This document shows positions 37,549 to 48,589 of a stretch of 64,000 bases of DNA, in pieces. Within the stretch, counting starts at the first letter, position 1. Each line of letters opens with the position of its first letter. Origin of the DNA: an uncultured Planctomycetota bacterium (lineage in GTDB: Bacteria; Planctomycetota; Planctomycetia; Isosphaerales; Isosphaeraceae); assembly GCA_963737655.1 (NCBI GenBank), contig CAVTTN010000002.1, positions 4,000,001-4,064,000 of the forward strand, read 5' to 3'. Both the position numbers and the translations under genes were made by a program. Below the pieces are notes generated by a model that saw only the letters and a list, made by a program, of their open reading frames with translations, had not been told where the DNA came from and did no database searches.

Positions 37549-38978
37549 TCAAAGGTCGCCCACGGCCCTCCTCAGGCGGAACATCGCCAGGGCCTCGTCG
37601 TAGACCGCATCATAATAGTTCGTGAAGCTCTGCACCCGCCGTTCCTCGGCGTCGAGGACTTCGGTGTAAATGCTCAAGCCCTGATTGTATCGATCGATCA
37701 CGACCTTCACGTTCTCCTCGGCCGAGGCCACCGAGGCGGACGCGACGACCACCCTCTGGCGGGCCTCGTTCACGTCGAGCCATCGCGAGCGGACCTGCAA
37801 GGCGATGTCGGCGGCGAGGTCGGCCTTCTGCCGGAGGATCGCCCGTTCCTGGTGCCGGAGGGCGTCGGCCCTCTTGCGGGTCTGGCCGCCGTCGAAGGCC
37901 GTCCAGTTCAGCACGAATGACCCGGTGAAGATGTTGGGATTCACGATGTTGTCGTTGCCCGGATACAAATAGGCGCCGACCGCCGCGACCTGGGGCCGGA
38001 TGTTGGCGAGGGTGGCCTCCGCCTGGTCGCCGGTCGCCCTCGCCCGTTCGGACAGGTTGGCGAGCTCGGGGCGACCGCGAAGGGCCCGGCCGGTCAACTC
38101 GTCCACCTGAGCCTCGTTCAGCCCGGCGAACTCGGGCGAGGAGCGGACCGCCGAGGCCGCCAGGTCGTCCAGGCCGACCCCGAGGGCGCGGTCGTGAGCT
38201 CGTCGAGCGGCACCACCGTCGTCAGGGGACGACACAGATAGCGATTATAGGTGGCCCAGGCGGTGTCGAGGTTCTTGATCGCGGTGATCTCGCGGAGTCG
38301 GGCGTTGGCCAGCGAGACCTCGGCGGCCAGCTGCTCGTTCCGGGTCGCGAGCTGCTGATCCTTGCGATTGGTGACGTCCCGGGCGAACGAGGCGAGCCGG
38401 GCGACGTCGCTTTGGGCCACGTCCAGGTCTTTCCTCGCGCGGAGGATGCCCACATACGCCTCGGCCACCGTCAACTTCAGGTCCAGGGCGGCGCGGAACT
38501 CCTCGGACCTCTGCGCGTTGAGCTGATGCCCGGAGGAATCGATGGTCCTGCGAATCCGGCCGCCGCTGTAGAGCGGGATCGTGATGTAACTGAACGAAAA
38601 CGGGACGTCATGCTGATTCGGTCCCAGGATCGGGATCGGCTGGCCCGCGAACCCGGAGGGAGTCCCGCCGATGGTCGGCGACGAACCGGCCGCCGTCCCG
38701 GGGACGCCCAGGTTCGGCTGAAAGTTGGTGCGGATTCGCGGCGACTGGCTCAGGAAGGTGTTCGCATCCAGGGTGCGAATGCTGGGCAGGCGGGCCGCCC
38801 GGGCCGCGCCGAGGTTCAGCCCGGCGGCCTGCGACTCAAGCTGGCGGGCCTGGAGCTGGCCGTTGACTCGCAGGGCGATCCCCCACGCGTCGTCCAGGCT
38901 CTCGGCCCGGCCGTCGGTGACGAGGGCGCCGAGAGCGATCGCGATTGCGAGGCCGGCGACGAATGGACGTAAGATCAT
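37549..38978 (-). CDS. TolC-family outer-membrane efflux protein, frameshifted near 38190
   Basis: Signal peptide, AARLPS, IPLYSGGR, VAEAYVGIL; second frame RPEL, WTAFDGG, RYNQGLS..EVLDAE. Confidence 0.85.
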
Positions 38979-39322
38979 CCTTCGGGTCTCCCCTCCGTGG
39001 GAGCCGGGCGGGCGGGCGTGCCCTGTCGATCGCGAGATCGAGGCGAGGTTCGTCCCGGCGGAGGGCCGAACTCGTCCAGGATCGAGGATCGGCGAATCGT
39101 CCGCGCAGAATCATCCGAAGGCAAGTCCGACCGTGCCGGAAATCGCGGAAGCGCCGGCCGCGAGGTTCGCGCCGGCGCCCCGCGGACGAACCCGGTTTCG
39201 GGAGTTGTCTTGTCGGCGGCCTCCATCCTGGGTTCCGCCGGTCCTTGAACCGGAAACATCCTGGAGGGAGATCCCGCGAGCCTCGGGCCGCCCAGGTCGG
39301 CGGACGGCCCGAGGGGGATGGC

Positions 39323-40876
39323 TCAAACCTTCGTCGGCACCGAGGCACCGCTGGCTTCGGCCCCTCCGAAGCGGTCGGCGCCGCCCCGGGCGAGGACGCT
39401 GTGCGCTTTCCCATATCCGAAGTAGATGGCGAACCCGATGGCGAGCCACACGAACAGACGGAGCCAGTTCTCGCCCGGCAGGGAGAACATCAGGAGGAGA
39501 CAGGTCGCAATCCCGAGGATCGGCGTGAGCGGCACCAGAGGGGCGCGGAACGGGCGCTCGGCGTCGGGATTGGTCTTTCTCATGATCAGGACGGCCGCAC
39601 AAACGATCACGAACGCCATCAACGTGCCGATGTTGACCAGCTCGGCCAGGACGCGAAGCGGCAGGAACGCCGCCATCAGGCCGACGAAGACGCCGGTCAG
39701 GATCGTGGATTTCCACGGCGTGCGGAACTTCTCGTGGACCGCCCCGAAGAAGCTCGGAGGGACCAGCCCGTCCCGGGCCATCGCCAGGAAGATCCGGGGC
39801 TGGCTGAGCATCATCACCAGCAAGACCGACGTGATGCCGGTCAGCGCCCCCACCGAGATCAAGAAGTTCGCCCAGGGCATCCCCCGGCTCTGGAACGCGG
39901 CCGAGATCGGCGCCTTGATATCGATCTGTTCGGAGGGGACCATCCCGGTCAGGACGGCGGCCACCGCGATGTACAGCAACGTGCAGAGCACGAGCGACAC
40001 GATGATGCCGATCGGCAGGTCGCGGCGGGGATTCTTGGCCTCCTCGGAATGGGTCGAGACCGAGTCGAAGCCGATGTACGAGAAGAAGATCATCGCCGCC
40101 CCGGCAAAAATCCCCACGGGCTTGCCCCCCGCGTCCGAGGAGCCGAAGATCGTCTTGCCGAAGAACGAGATCCCGGTCCAGCCCTTGGGGGCGAACGGCG
40201 TCCAGTTCTTGGGATCGACGTAGAACGCGCCCACGATGATGACGAACGCCACGATGGCCAGCTTGACGAGGACCATCCCGGAATTGAAGCCGACCGATTC
40301 CTTGATGCCTCGCACCAGGATCACGGTGATGATCGCCGTGATGACCAGCGCGGGGAGGTCGAGATAGCTGCCGGTGAGCTGGAACTTGCCCGTGTCCGGG
40401 ACGTAGTCGAAAGGTGCCCCGGCGATGATCTTCGGTATGTCCACCCCGAAGATCAGGTGCCAGAGCTTCTGGAAATAACTCGACCAGCCACTGGCCACGG
40501 TCGAGGCCCCGACGGCGTATTCCAGGACGAGGTCCCAGCCGATGATCCAGGCGAACAGCTCGCCGAGGGTGGCATACGCATACGTATAGGCCGACCCGGC
40601 CACCGGGACCATCGAGGCGAACTCGGCGTAGCACAGCGCGGCGAACACGCAGGCGATCCCGGCGAAGACGAACGAGAGCATCAGGGCCGGTCCCGCCTTG
40701 TCGTGCGCCCCCTCGCCGATCAGGACGAAAATGCCGGTGCCGATGATCGCGCCAACGCCCAGGCTGGTCAGGCCGACCGGCCCGAGGACGCGCCTCAGCC
40801 GGTTCTCGCCCTTCTCCTCCTCCAGAAGCATGGCCAGGGGCTTCTTGGCCCAGAGTTGGCTCTTGGTCGGACCCAT
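39323..40876 (-). CDS. APC amino-acid permease (cationic amino-acid transporter-like)
   Basis: GVGAIIGTGIF, ALCYAEFASMVPVAGSAYTY, YIGFDSVST..EEAKNP, NIGTL. Confidence 0.92.
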   Translation of the reverse strand: MGPTKSQLWAKKPLAMLLEEEKGENRLRRVLGPVGLTSLGVGAIIGTGIFVLIGEGAHDKAGPALMLSFVFAGIACVFAALCYAEFASMVPVAGSAYTYAYATLGELFAWIIGWDLVLEYAVGASTVASGWSSYFQKLWHLIFGVDIPKIIAGAPFDYVPDTGKFQLTGSYLDLPALVITAIITVILVRGIKESVGFNSGMVLVKLAIVAFVIIVGAFYVDPKNWTPFAPKGWTGISFFGKTIFGSSDAGGKPVGIFAGAAMIFFSYIGFDSVSTHSEEAKNPRRDLPIGIIVSLVLCTLLYIAVAAVLTGMVPSEQIDIKAPISAAFQSRGMPWANFLISVGALTGITSVLLVMMLSQPRIFLAMARDGLVPPSFFGAVHEKFRTPWKSTILTGVFVGLMAAFLPLRVLAELVNIGTLMAFVIVCAAVLIMRKTNPDAERPFRAPLVPLTPILGIATCLLLMFSLPGENWLRLFVWLAIGFAIYFGYGKAHSVLARGGADRFGGAEASGASVPTKV

Positions 40877-41042
40877 TCGAAATCTCCGCGGACAGATCGA
40901 TGGACGGGGATGAGCTCGGAAATGAGCATGGCAGCGGCGCGCGGGAACGGCCGGGCCGGCCCGGGAGAGGAGGACGCAATAGTCTGCCGAGTCACCGTCC
41001 GCGATTCCAGCCCTAACCCCCCATTCCGGGCGGATTATCGGT

Positions 41043-42575
41043 TCAACGAAGGCTCGAAACGGGCCGACGCCTCCCCAGGGCATAAACCGGCAGACCCAGG
41101 AGCACCAGCCCCAGCCCCGGCCAGGTCGTCGCCGGTTGGTACACGAAGAGGACGACCAGGATCGCCGCCGCCCCGGCGATGTATAGGGCCGGGACGAACG
41201 GATAGCCCCAGGCCCGATACGGCCGCTCCGCCCCCGGGCGGAGGATTCGGAGCCGGAAGATCCCGGCGATCGTCAGGATGTAGAAGATCAGCGCGGCCGA
41301 GATCACGTAATTGAGCAGGTCGCCGTAGAGGTTCCCGTATTCATGTTGATCATTCACCGTCTTGAACGTCCGAGGCAACACCAGGGCCGCCGCCCAGAGG
41401 CCCTGGATCGCCAGGCCCCAGGCCGGCACCTTCTCCGCATTCAGGCGTCCGGCGGGCGCCGGGAACAGGCCGTCGCGGGCCATCGAGTAATACGCCCTGG
41501 CCCCCGCAAGGATCAATCCGTTCACGCATCCGAGGGTTGAGATCATGATCGCCCCGGCCATGATCCGCCCGCCTCGCCCGGGGAAGATCGCGTCCATCGT
41601 GGCCGAGGCCACGCGGTCCTTGTCGGCGTGCTGGATCGCCGGGAACGGCAGGGTCACGAAGTAGGCGAGGTTCGCCAGCAGATACAGGCCGATCACCACG
41701 GCCGTCCCGGCGGCCAGGCTGATCGGGATCGTCCGCCTCGGGTCCTTCACCTCGCCCGCGGTGAACGTGATGTTGTTCCAGGCGTCCGAGGAGAACAGCG
41801 AGCCCGTCTGCGCCAGGCAGATCGCCACGAACAGGCCGAAGGCGGTCGCCGCCGTGAGGCCGGGGGACAGGTCGATCACGCCCCGGGCGGCCCAGAAGTC
41901 GCCGAAATTCGCCTTCACGGCCGACTGGTTCCAGCCCCAGATCAGCCCGACGACGATCAGAGCGATCAGGGCGCCGGTCTTCGCCGTCGTGAAGACGTTC
42001 TGAATCAATTTTCCGTAATCCAGCCCCCGGGTGTTCGTCCACGTGAGCGCGGCGATCAGGACGAGGGCGACGGCCTGGACTCGCGAGAGGGACACCGCGT
42101 AGCCCGGCGCCAGGTGGATCGGCGAGATCAGATAGGCCCCCTCGTCAATCCAGGGGATCAACACGCCGGCATATCGGGCGAAGGCCACGGCCACCGCCGC
42201 GATCGTCCCGGTCTGGATCACGGTGAAGAGCGTCCAGCCGTAGAGGAACCCCCAGAGCGGCGAGTACGCCTCGCGGAGATAGACATATTGGCCGCCGGCC
42301 CGGGGCATCATCGCGGCGAGCTCGCCATAGGAGAGCGCCCCGGCGATCGTCAGGACTCCCGTGAGCACCCAGGCCATCAGCAGCCATCCCGGGCTGCCGA
42401 TCATCCGGCCCATCTCGGCCGAGACGATGAAGATCCCCGAGCCGATCATCGACCCGATCACCACCATCGTCGAATCATACAGGCCCAGACCCCGACGGAA
42501 CTCGGTGTCGAGGGCGGAGGAGGGATCGCCCGGGGGCCCCGAGGGCGAGGAGGCCGGAACGTCGGTCGAGGCCAT
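41043..42575 (-). CDS. APC amino-acid permease (LAT/SteT-like)
   Basis: GSMIGSGIF, YGELAAMMPRAGGQYVYL, DAWNNITFTAGEVKDP, RPYRAWGYP. Confidence 0.92.
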   Translation of the reverse strand: MASTDVPASSPSGPPGDPSSALDTEFRRGLGLYDSTMVVIGSMIGSGIFIVSAEMGRMIGSPGWLLMAWVLTGVLTIAGALSYGELAAMMPRAGGQYVYLREAYSPLWGFLYGWTLFTVIQTGTIAAVAVAFARYAGVLIPWIDEGAYLISPIHLAPGYAVSLSRVQAVALVLIAALTWTNTRGLDYGKLIQNVFTTAKTGALIALIVVGLIWGWNQSAVKANFGDFWAARGVIDLSPGLTAATAFGLFVAICLAQTGSLFSSDAWNNITFTAGEVKDPRRTIPISLAAGTAVVIGLYLLANLAYFVTLPFPAIQHADKDRVASATMDAIFPGRGGRIMAGAIMISTLGCVNGLILAGARAYYSMARDGLFPAPAGRLNAEKVPAWGLAIQGLWAAALVLPRTFKTVNDQHEYGNLYGDLLNYVISAALIFYILTIAGIFRLRILRPGAERPYRAWGYPFVPALYIAGAAAILVVLFVYQPATTWPGLGLVLLGLPVYALGRRRPVSSLR

Positions 42576-43355
42576 TCGGGGAAGGCTCCGCGGGGCGATC
42601 GGGTCGGATGGGCAAGCGAGGGGTCGGGAGAGGATCGAGGCAATCTATCCGACCGGGGCGCCCTCGGACAAGGGCCGGGTCGGCGGAGGCATCGCCCTCG
42701 GCCGTCGGGTCGGAAGACCGGGCGGGATGGACGACCTGCGTGAATCCTGAGGTTGAGGCACGATCTAGATTTTCATGTTCGTCGTTTCAGCTCTTGAGTC
42801 CGTCAAAGGTCTGGAAACCATTTTCGCGGCGAAGTTGACTACACTTTTTGTCGGAAAAGCGCGAAAAGGGCGAGAATCAGGCTGGATTCGCGTGCGCAGT
42901 CACTCGTGCGCGAGCAGGAATCCTCACGTCGGCATTTTCCCAAATCCAGGTCGCAAGACCATTTTCTCAAAGGGGATGCGGCGCGGCCCTCCGCGAGCCG
43001 ATTCGCCCGCTCGGCGCGAAAATGCGCGCCTCTTCGGCGCGCCCGCGATTCATCCACGCTGTTGCAAGCGATGTCATGAACTCGTGCGGAATCGGCTTTC
43101 AAGAAATCCGAAGGGGACGGATTGTGTGATCGCCGGTGGCCCGGGTCGCGATGATCCAGGGACAGCGTCCCGCGTCGAGGCGCCGTCTCGATCCCGGCCG
43201 AGATCCCGGCAAGGGCTTGCGGACGGCCCCGGGTCGGGCGATCCTGAAGAGTGCATGGATTTCCCGTCACGGGGTGCCGCCCCACCCGTTATCAGAGAAG
43301 AATCCTCCCGGAGCCGACCCTCCTCATGGAATGCCTCGGACCCCAGTGCGCCTCG

Positions 43356-44148
43356 ATGATCCTGGAATGGCTGAAGGCACGGACCGAGGCGGCCCCGTCG
43401 GCCCCGGCCTCGCCCTCAACGGCCCCGTCCCAGGCGTCTCTTTGGAAGGCGGCGCCGTACCAGGAAGACGCCCCGACCCTGCGGACTCCGGCCGAGCTCG
43501 AAGGGGCCCTGGAACACCTCGAATACGCCATCTTTCGTCGATACGAGAATCAATTGACCCGCGCCGAGCGAGCGCGCCTGGATAATACGATCGAAAATGC
43601 GCTTTACAAGGTTGATCGCTATCGGTCCCGGCTCGAACCGGCCGAAAAAACGGCGCTGGAGCCGCGCTGCCGGGCCCTCCGCGAGACGGTGATCGAGGGC
43701 CGGGAACGCGCCGAGAGGATGAGGACCCAGGCCCGCCGGGCCGAGCTGAAGCTCGCGCGAGCTGGGGACGCTCACGCCCGAAGGGTTCGAGGAATTCGTG
43801 GCCGAGGTGTTCGAGGCGATCGGCTACCGGGTCGATCGGGTCGGCGGGACCGGGGACGAGGGGGCCGACCTCCGCGTGTCTCGGGGCGGCCTGCTCGGGG
43901 TGGTCCAGTGCAAGTATCACACGAGGGGCGTCGTCGGCTCGCCGGAGATCCAGAAGTTCCTGGGGACCATCCATCACACCAAGAGCCATAAAGGGTTCTT
44001 CGTCACGACGCGCACCTATTCCCTCTCGGCCGAGAAGTTCGCCGCCGATCACCCGATCGAATTGATCGACGGCCCGAGGCTCGTCGAGCTGGTCCAGGAG
44101 GCGATGGGCCCGGGGGCGAAGAAGGAGCCCGAGCCGACCTGGTTCTGA
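43356..44148 (+). CDS. Mrr-type restriction endonuclease domain protein with helical N-terminus, frameshifted near 43760
   Basis: Corrected LTPEGFEEFVAEVF, GDEGADL, VQCK, FFVTT, IELIDG (Mrr_cat). Start uncertain (43251, 43326 or 43356). Confidence 0.8.
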
Positions 44149-44257
44149 TCGCCCGGGATTTCCGATCCACGGGCGCGACGTTTGCTTTCTCCTATCGAAT
44201 GTGACCTAAGGTTGGATCAGCGTTCTCATCGGAGATACGAGGCACTTGACTGGGGTT

Positions 44258-44272
44258 TGGCACGCGGCTAGC
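44258..44272 (+). promoter_or_regulatory. Possible sigma54 promoter
   Basis: TGGCACGCGGCTAGC, GG-N10-GC, 60 bp upstream of ATG 44333. Confidence 0.5.
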
Positions 44273-44332
44273 CTGACGATCGCACGACAGGATTCGTGCC
44301 GCCGTCTCCATCCCCAGCCAAGGAGGGTTCGC

Positions 44333-44572
44333 ATGGCCACCGTCGAGCGCAAGGCGGAGTTCGTCCCCCTGGAACTCCCCGAGGAATTCGAGGACCTGGA
44401 GGGCCTCCTCCGGTCGGACCTCCAGGCGATCATCGGGATGTTCGCCCAGCGCGCCCACGACCGCCTGTTCCTCACCCGCCGCGAGTTCCGCGAGCTCCAG
44501 GCCGAGCTGTGGAACGGGATGACCGAGGCGATCCGCACCGCCGTGGCGCCGCTGTCGGTCGAGAACCGCTGA
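44333..44572 (+). CDS. Small helical hypothetical protein (79 aa)
   Basis: AGGAGG RBS; MATVERKAEFVPLELPEEFEDLE; GC3-biased codons. Confidence 0.75.
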   Translation: MATVERKAEFVPLELPEEFEDLEGLLRSDLQAIIGMFAQRAHDRLFLTRREFRELQAELWNGMTEAIRTAVAPLSVENR

Positions 44573-44603
44573 GGCGGCCGGTCTCCGGACGGGCGGGACG
44601 CTC

Positions 44604-45260
44604 ATGGCCAGAATCCTGCTCGGCGTGACCGGCTCGGTCGCCGCGATCCGAACCCCCGCCCTGTTCGCCGCCCTGATCGCGGCCGGGCACGAGGTCCGGG
44701 TGATCGCGACCGAGCCGGCCCTCCACTTCTTCGACCCCAACGACCTGGGACCGCCCGCCGAAGCCGGCGGGCCCGTCTTCCGGGACGCCGACGAATGGAC
44801 CCAGGGCGGCTGGAACCGGGGCGATCCGGTCCTCCACATCGCCTTCCGCGACTGGGCGGAGCTGCTGGTCATCGCCCCGCTCGATGCCAACTCCCTGGGC
44901 AAAATTGCCCTCGGCTTGTGCGACAACTTCCTCACCTGCGTCGTCCGCGCCTGGGATTTCGACCGGCCCGTGATCCTGGCGCCCGCCATGAACACGAAAA
45001 TGTGGGAAAGCCCCGCGACCTTGAGGCACCTCCGCCTCCTTCTTGACGATCGCGGCGACGGCCGACAGCCCGCCGGATGGACGCTCGCCGAAGCCGACTC
45101 GGTGTTCGCGGCCCATGCTCCGGGGATCATCCTGGTCCCGCCGATGAGCAAACGCCTCGCGTGCGGCGACGTGGGCGTCGGCGCGATGGCCGAGGTGGTC
45201 ACGATCGCCGAGACGGTCCGCCGATCGGCCGAGGACGAGCCTCAGCGGCGGGTCCGGTAA
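44604..45260 (+). CDS. coaC: Stand-alone phosphopantothenoylcysteine decarboxylase (HFCD flavoprotein)
   Basis: ILLGVTGSVAA, PVLHI..RDWA, APLDANSLGK, APAMNTKMW, KRLACGDVGVGAMAE. Confidence 0.8.
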   Translation: MARILLGVTGSVAAIRTPALFAALIAAGHEVRVIATEPALHFFDPNDLGPPAEAGGPVFRDADEWTQGGWNRGDPVLHIAFRDWAELLVIAPLDANSLGKIALGLCDNFLTCVVRAWDFDRPVILAPAMNTKMWESPATLRHLRLLLDDRGDGRQPAGWTLAEADSVFAAHAPGIILVPPMSKRLACGDVGVGAMAEVVTIAETVRRSAEDEPQRRVR

Positions 45261-45592
45261 CCCAGGGACTTGAGGATCGTCTCGACCTCATCCCGGTGGT
45301 CCCCCTGGATGGCAATCTCGCCGTCCTTGACGGCCCCCCCGGCCCCGCACCGGGCCTTCAGCCGGGCGGCGAGCTCGTCGAGATGGCCGCCGACGTCCTC
45401 CAGCCCCCGGACGACCGTCACCAGCTTCCCCTTCGCCCGCTTCTCCGTGAGGACGCGGGCGGTTTGCTTCTCGGGAGGCGTCCGGACCGGCTCGACGACC
45501 GGAGGGGGGCAGGCGCACTCCGATTCGAGCTTCCCGCAGAGGTCGCAGGCCGGCGGTCGGTCCCAGGGCGTTCCGGCGAAGAGACGGCCCAC
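45242..45592 (-). CDS. yciH: SUI1/eIF1-like translation factor (YciH)
   Basis: KRAKGKLVTVVRGL, LKARCGAGGAVKDG, IQGDHR. Confidence 0.85.
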   Translation of the reverse strand: MGRLFAGTPWDRPPACDLCGKLESECACPPPVVEPVRTPPEKQTARVLTEKRAKGKLVTVVRGLEDVGGHLDELAARLKARCGAGGAVKDGEIAIQGDHRDEVETILKSLGYRTRR

Positions 45593-45617
45593 GGCTCGGG
45601 TCCTCGAAAACCTCGGG

Positions 45618-46112
45618 TCACTCGTCCGAATAGCGGGGGAACAGCGACACGCCGAGGCTCGCCCTCTTGGCGTAGAGGTATTTCAGGTGATAATCCAGGT
45701 GAGAGACGTAGCCGACCAGGAGTTTGGCGAGCGACTTCGGGCCGTCCTCGGTATGCAGGCCCGATCGGGCGAAGTCCGCCTCGGGACACTTGCGGAGGAT
45801 TCGGACCATCCATCGGCGATTGGCGGCGAACAGGGCCAGCGCCTCGTCGACGGGCATGGATTGGGAGACGAGCCGGTCGATCCAGGCATCCTGGTCGTAG
45901 GCCTGGAGGGTGGGGTTGTCCTCGGCGATCACCCGTTTCATCCGCTCGATGCCGACGGAGTCGGAATCGACCATGTGGGCGACGAGCTCGGCGATGCTCC
46001 AGGCCCCCGGTCCGGGCCGGGCGGCCTGCTGATCGGGCGAGAGGCCCTGGGCCGCGTAGGCCAGCAATTCGGGGCCGGCGGCGTAGCGATCGATCACCAG
46101 ACTCGCATTCAT
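45618..46112 (-). CDS. DinB/YfiT-like protein
   Basis: PGPGAWSIAELVAHM, LQAYDQDAW, H-LDY-H. Confidence 0.85.
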   Translation of the reverse strand: MNASLVIDRYAAGPELLAYAAQGLSPDQQAARPGPGAWSIAELVAHMVDSDSVGIERMKRVIAEDNPTLQAYDQDAWIDRLVSQSMPVDEALALFAANRRWMVRILRKCPEADFARSGLHTEDGPKSLAKLLVGYVSHLDYHLKYLYAKRASLGVSLFPRYSDE

Positions 46113-46618
46113 CTCGAAGCCTCCGGACCGCTCCCGGTCTTCCGCCAGATGGCCAGTTGGGGGTTGTTGTATTCGAGGAACCAGATTTCCTCCTCCACCC
46201 CGAGCTCCTCGGCGAACCGGTGGGCGACCAGGTGATTGACGACCTCCAGGGAGGCCGCCAGGAAGTCGGTCCTCGGCGGCCCGCCGACGCTCCTCGGGTT
46301 GTGGAAGATGAACCGGATCACCAGGACCCGTTCGTCCACGGGGCCGGACGGCGAGAGATACCGGCCGTCCATCTCGTAGATCGAGTAGCCCCGAGACGCC
46401 TGGCAGAGGGTCTGGACCCAGAGTTCGTCGTCGAAGTTCGGGTCTTTTCGGCGGTTGGCCTCGATGGCGGCGATCACGAACGGGACTTGACGGATCGCGT
46501 CCTCGCGGAACAGGTCTTCCAGGACCTCCTGGACCTTGCCGAAATAGCCGAGCTTCTTGGGCAGGAGGACCTCGTACATCCGGGCGGGCTTGGGCCCCTC
46601 CAGCTCATAATCGGGCAT
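46109..46618 (-). CDS. Hypothetical protein
   Basis: Well-formed 169-aa ORF overlapping the dinB start; globular composition. Confidence 0.7.
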   Translation of the reverse strand: MPDYELEGPKPARMYEVLLPKKLGYFGKVQEVLEDLFREDAIRQVPFVIAAIEANRRKDPNFDDELWVQTLCQASRGYSIYEMDGRYLSPSGPVDERVLVIRFIFHNPRSVGGPPRTDFLAASLEVVNHLVAHRFAEELGVEEEIWFLEYNNPQLAIWRKTGSGPEASR

Positions 46619-46711
46619 GAACGTCCTCCCGCCGGCCCCGGATCGCCTCTTCCCTCGACTCTACCGATCGGCCGCCCGCCTTCCCAGGGCAACGCCCGGT
46701 CGTGCTCCCGA

Positions 46712-46740
46712 TTGATCGGACCGGGCCGTCCCGGTATACT
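46712..46740 (+). promoter_or_regulatory. Sigma70 promoter of the sulfite reductase gene
   Basis: TTGATC-17 bp-TATACT. Confidence 0.6.
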
Positions 46741-46816
46741 TTCCTGACCATCTTCATGGGGATACGAAACATTCATGGGGCGGGCCCCGCCCGTCCCTCC
46801 AAGAAGGTAATTGGTG

Positions 46817-48589
46817 ATGGCCTCGAAGGACGCGAAGCCCAGCAAGGTCGAGGGGATCAAGCTGGAGAGCGGCTATCTGCGGGGGCCTCTGGAGACTGAG
46901 GTCCTTGACCTCGCCACCAACCACATCAGCGAGGAGGCCGGGGTCGTCCTCAAATTCCACGGCTCCTACCAGCAAGACGACCGCGATTTGCGGACCCAGC
47001 TCAAGAGGGAGGGGAAGGACAAGGCGTTCTCGTTCATGGTCCGCACCCGAATCCCCGGCGGCAAGCTGACTTCGGCGCAGTACCTGGCCCACGACGAGCT
47101 CGCCCGGACCGTCGGCAACGGGACGCTTCGGATCACGACCCGCCAGGAATTCCAGATGCACGGCGTCCTCAAGGAGGACCTGAAGGCCGTCGTCCGCCGG
47201 ATCAACGAGTCGCTCCTCTCGACCCTGGCCGCCTGCGGCGACGTGGAGCGGAACGTCCTGGCCTGCCCCGCGCCGATCCACGACGGCATCCGCGCCGAGA
47301 TGCAGGCCGATTGCGATCGGTTCGCCTCGCACTTCGCCCCCCGGGCCTCGACGTACTGGGACATCTGGCTCGACGGCGAGAAGATCGACAACCCCCTGCT
47401 GCCTCCGGCCGGGCCGATCCTCGTGCCGTCGGCCGGAGACGACCCGGTCGAGCCGATTTACGGCCGGGCCTATCTCCCCCGCAAGTTCAAGACGGCCTTC
47501 GCCTTCCCGTTCGACAACTGCACGGACGTCTTCGCCAACGACCTGGGTTACCTCGCCGTGATCGAGGCCGGCCGGATCGTCGGCTATAACGTGCTGGTCG
47601 GCGGAGGACTTGGGACGACCCCCAGCGCCGGCAAGACCTTCCCGGCCCTGGGCCAGCCCCTGGCGTTCGTCGATCGCGAGGAGTTCCTGGCCGTCGGCGA
47701 GGCGGTCGTGAAGGTCTATCGAGACCTCGGCAGCCGCTCCGACCGCAAGCGGGCGCGATTGAAATATGTGATCCACGACATGGGACTACCCGCGTTCCGG
47801 GAGACCGTCGAACAGTACCTCGGCCGCCCCCTCGCCGACCCCCGGCCGAACCCGGTCACCGAGGTCCACGACCACCTCGGCTGGCACGAGCAGGGAGACG
47901 GCCGGCTGTTCCTCGGCCTGCCGATCGAGAACGGTCGGATCAAGGACGAGGGCCCCGTCCGGATCGCCTCGGGCCTCCGCGAATTCTTCGCCCGGTTCGA
48001 GACGCCCGCCCGGCTGACGTGCGGCCAGAAAATCCTCCTGATCGACATCGAACCAGGGCGCAAGTCGGACGTCGAGCAGCTTTTGCGTTCGTTCGGCGTC
48101 CCGATGGCGGAGGAGGTCTCGACGAGCCGCCGATGGTCGATGGCCTGCCCGGCCCTGCCGACCTGCGGCCTGGCCGTGACCGAGGCGGAGCGGGCCTTGC
48201 CCTCCCTGATGGACCAGCTCGAATCGGGCCTCGCCGAGATCGGCCTGGGCGACGAGCGGTTCACCGTGCGAATGACCGGCTGCCCCAACGGATGCGCCCG
48301 CCCGTACAACGCCGACGTGGGACTCGTCGGCCGATCCGCCGTGAAGACCGATCACGGCGGCAACGAGGCCGGGACTTATACGATCTTCCTCGGAGGAAGC
48401 ACGCTCGGAGGCCGGCTCAACCGCGTCTTCAAGGATTACGTGCCGTTCGATCAGGTCGCGCCGGAGTTGCTCGCCGTCCTGACCCGATTCCGGGACGAAC
48501 GGAACCCCGGCGAGCCGTTCGGCGACTTCTGCCACCGGCTGGGGAACGAGGCGCTGGGAGGCGGTGCCGAGGCGTCAGGCGAAGAGTGA
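46817..48589 (+). CDS. cysI: Assimilatory sulfite (or nitrite) reductase hemoprotein subunit
   Basis: LKFHGSYQQDDRD, LRITTRQ, ACGDVERNV, YLPRKFK, MACPALPTCGLA, RMTGCPNGC siroheme/4Fe-4S motifs. Confidence 0.9.
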   Translation: MASKDAKPSKVEGIKLESGYLRGPLETEVLDLATNHISEEAGVVLKFHGSYQQDDRDLRTQLKREGKDKAFSFMVRTRIPGGKLTSAQYLAHDELARTVGNGTLRITTRQEFQMHGVLKEDLKAVVRRINESLLSTLAACGDVERNVLACPAPIHDGIRAEMQADCDRFASHFAPRASTYWDIWLDGEKIDNPLLPPAGPILVPSAGDDPVEPIYGRAYLPRKFKTAFAFPFDNCTDVFANDLGYLAVIEAGRIVGYNVLVGGGLGTTPSAGKTFPALGQPLAFVDREEFLAVGEAVVKVYRDLGSRSDRKRARLKYVIHDMGLPAFRETVEQYLGRPLADPRPNPVTEVHDHLGWHEQGDGRLFLGLPIENGRIKDEGPVRIASGLREFFARFETPARLTCGQKILLIDIEPGRKSDVEQLLRSFGVPMAEEVSTSRRWSMACPALPTCGLAVTEAERALPSLMDQLESGLAEIGLGDERFTVRMTGCPNGCARPYNADVGLVGRSAVKTDHGGNEAGTYTIFLGGSTLGGRLNRVFKDYVPFDQVAPELLAVLTRFRDERNPGEPFGDFCHRLGNEALGGGAEASGEE

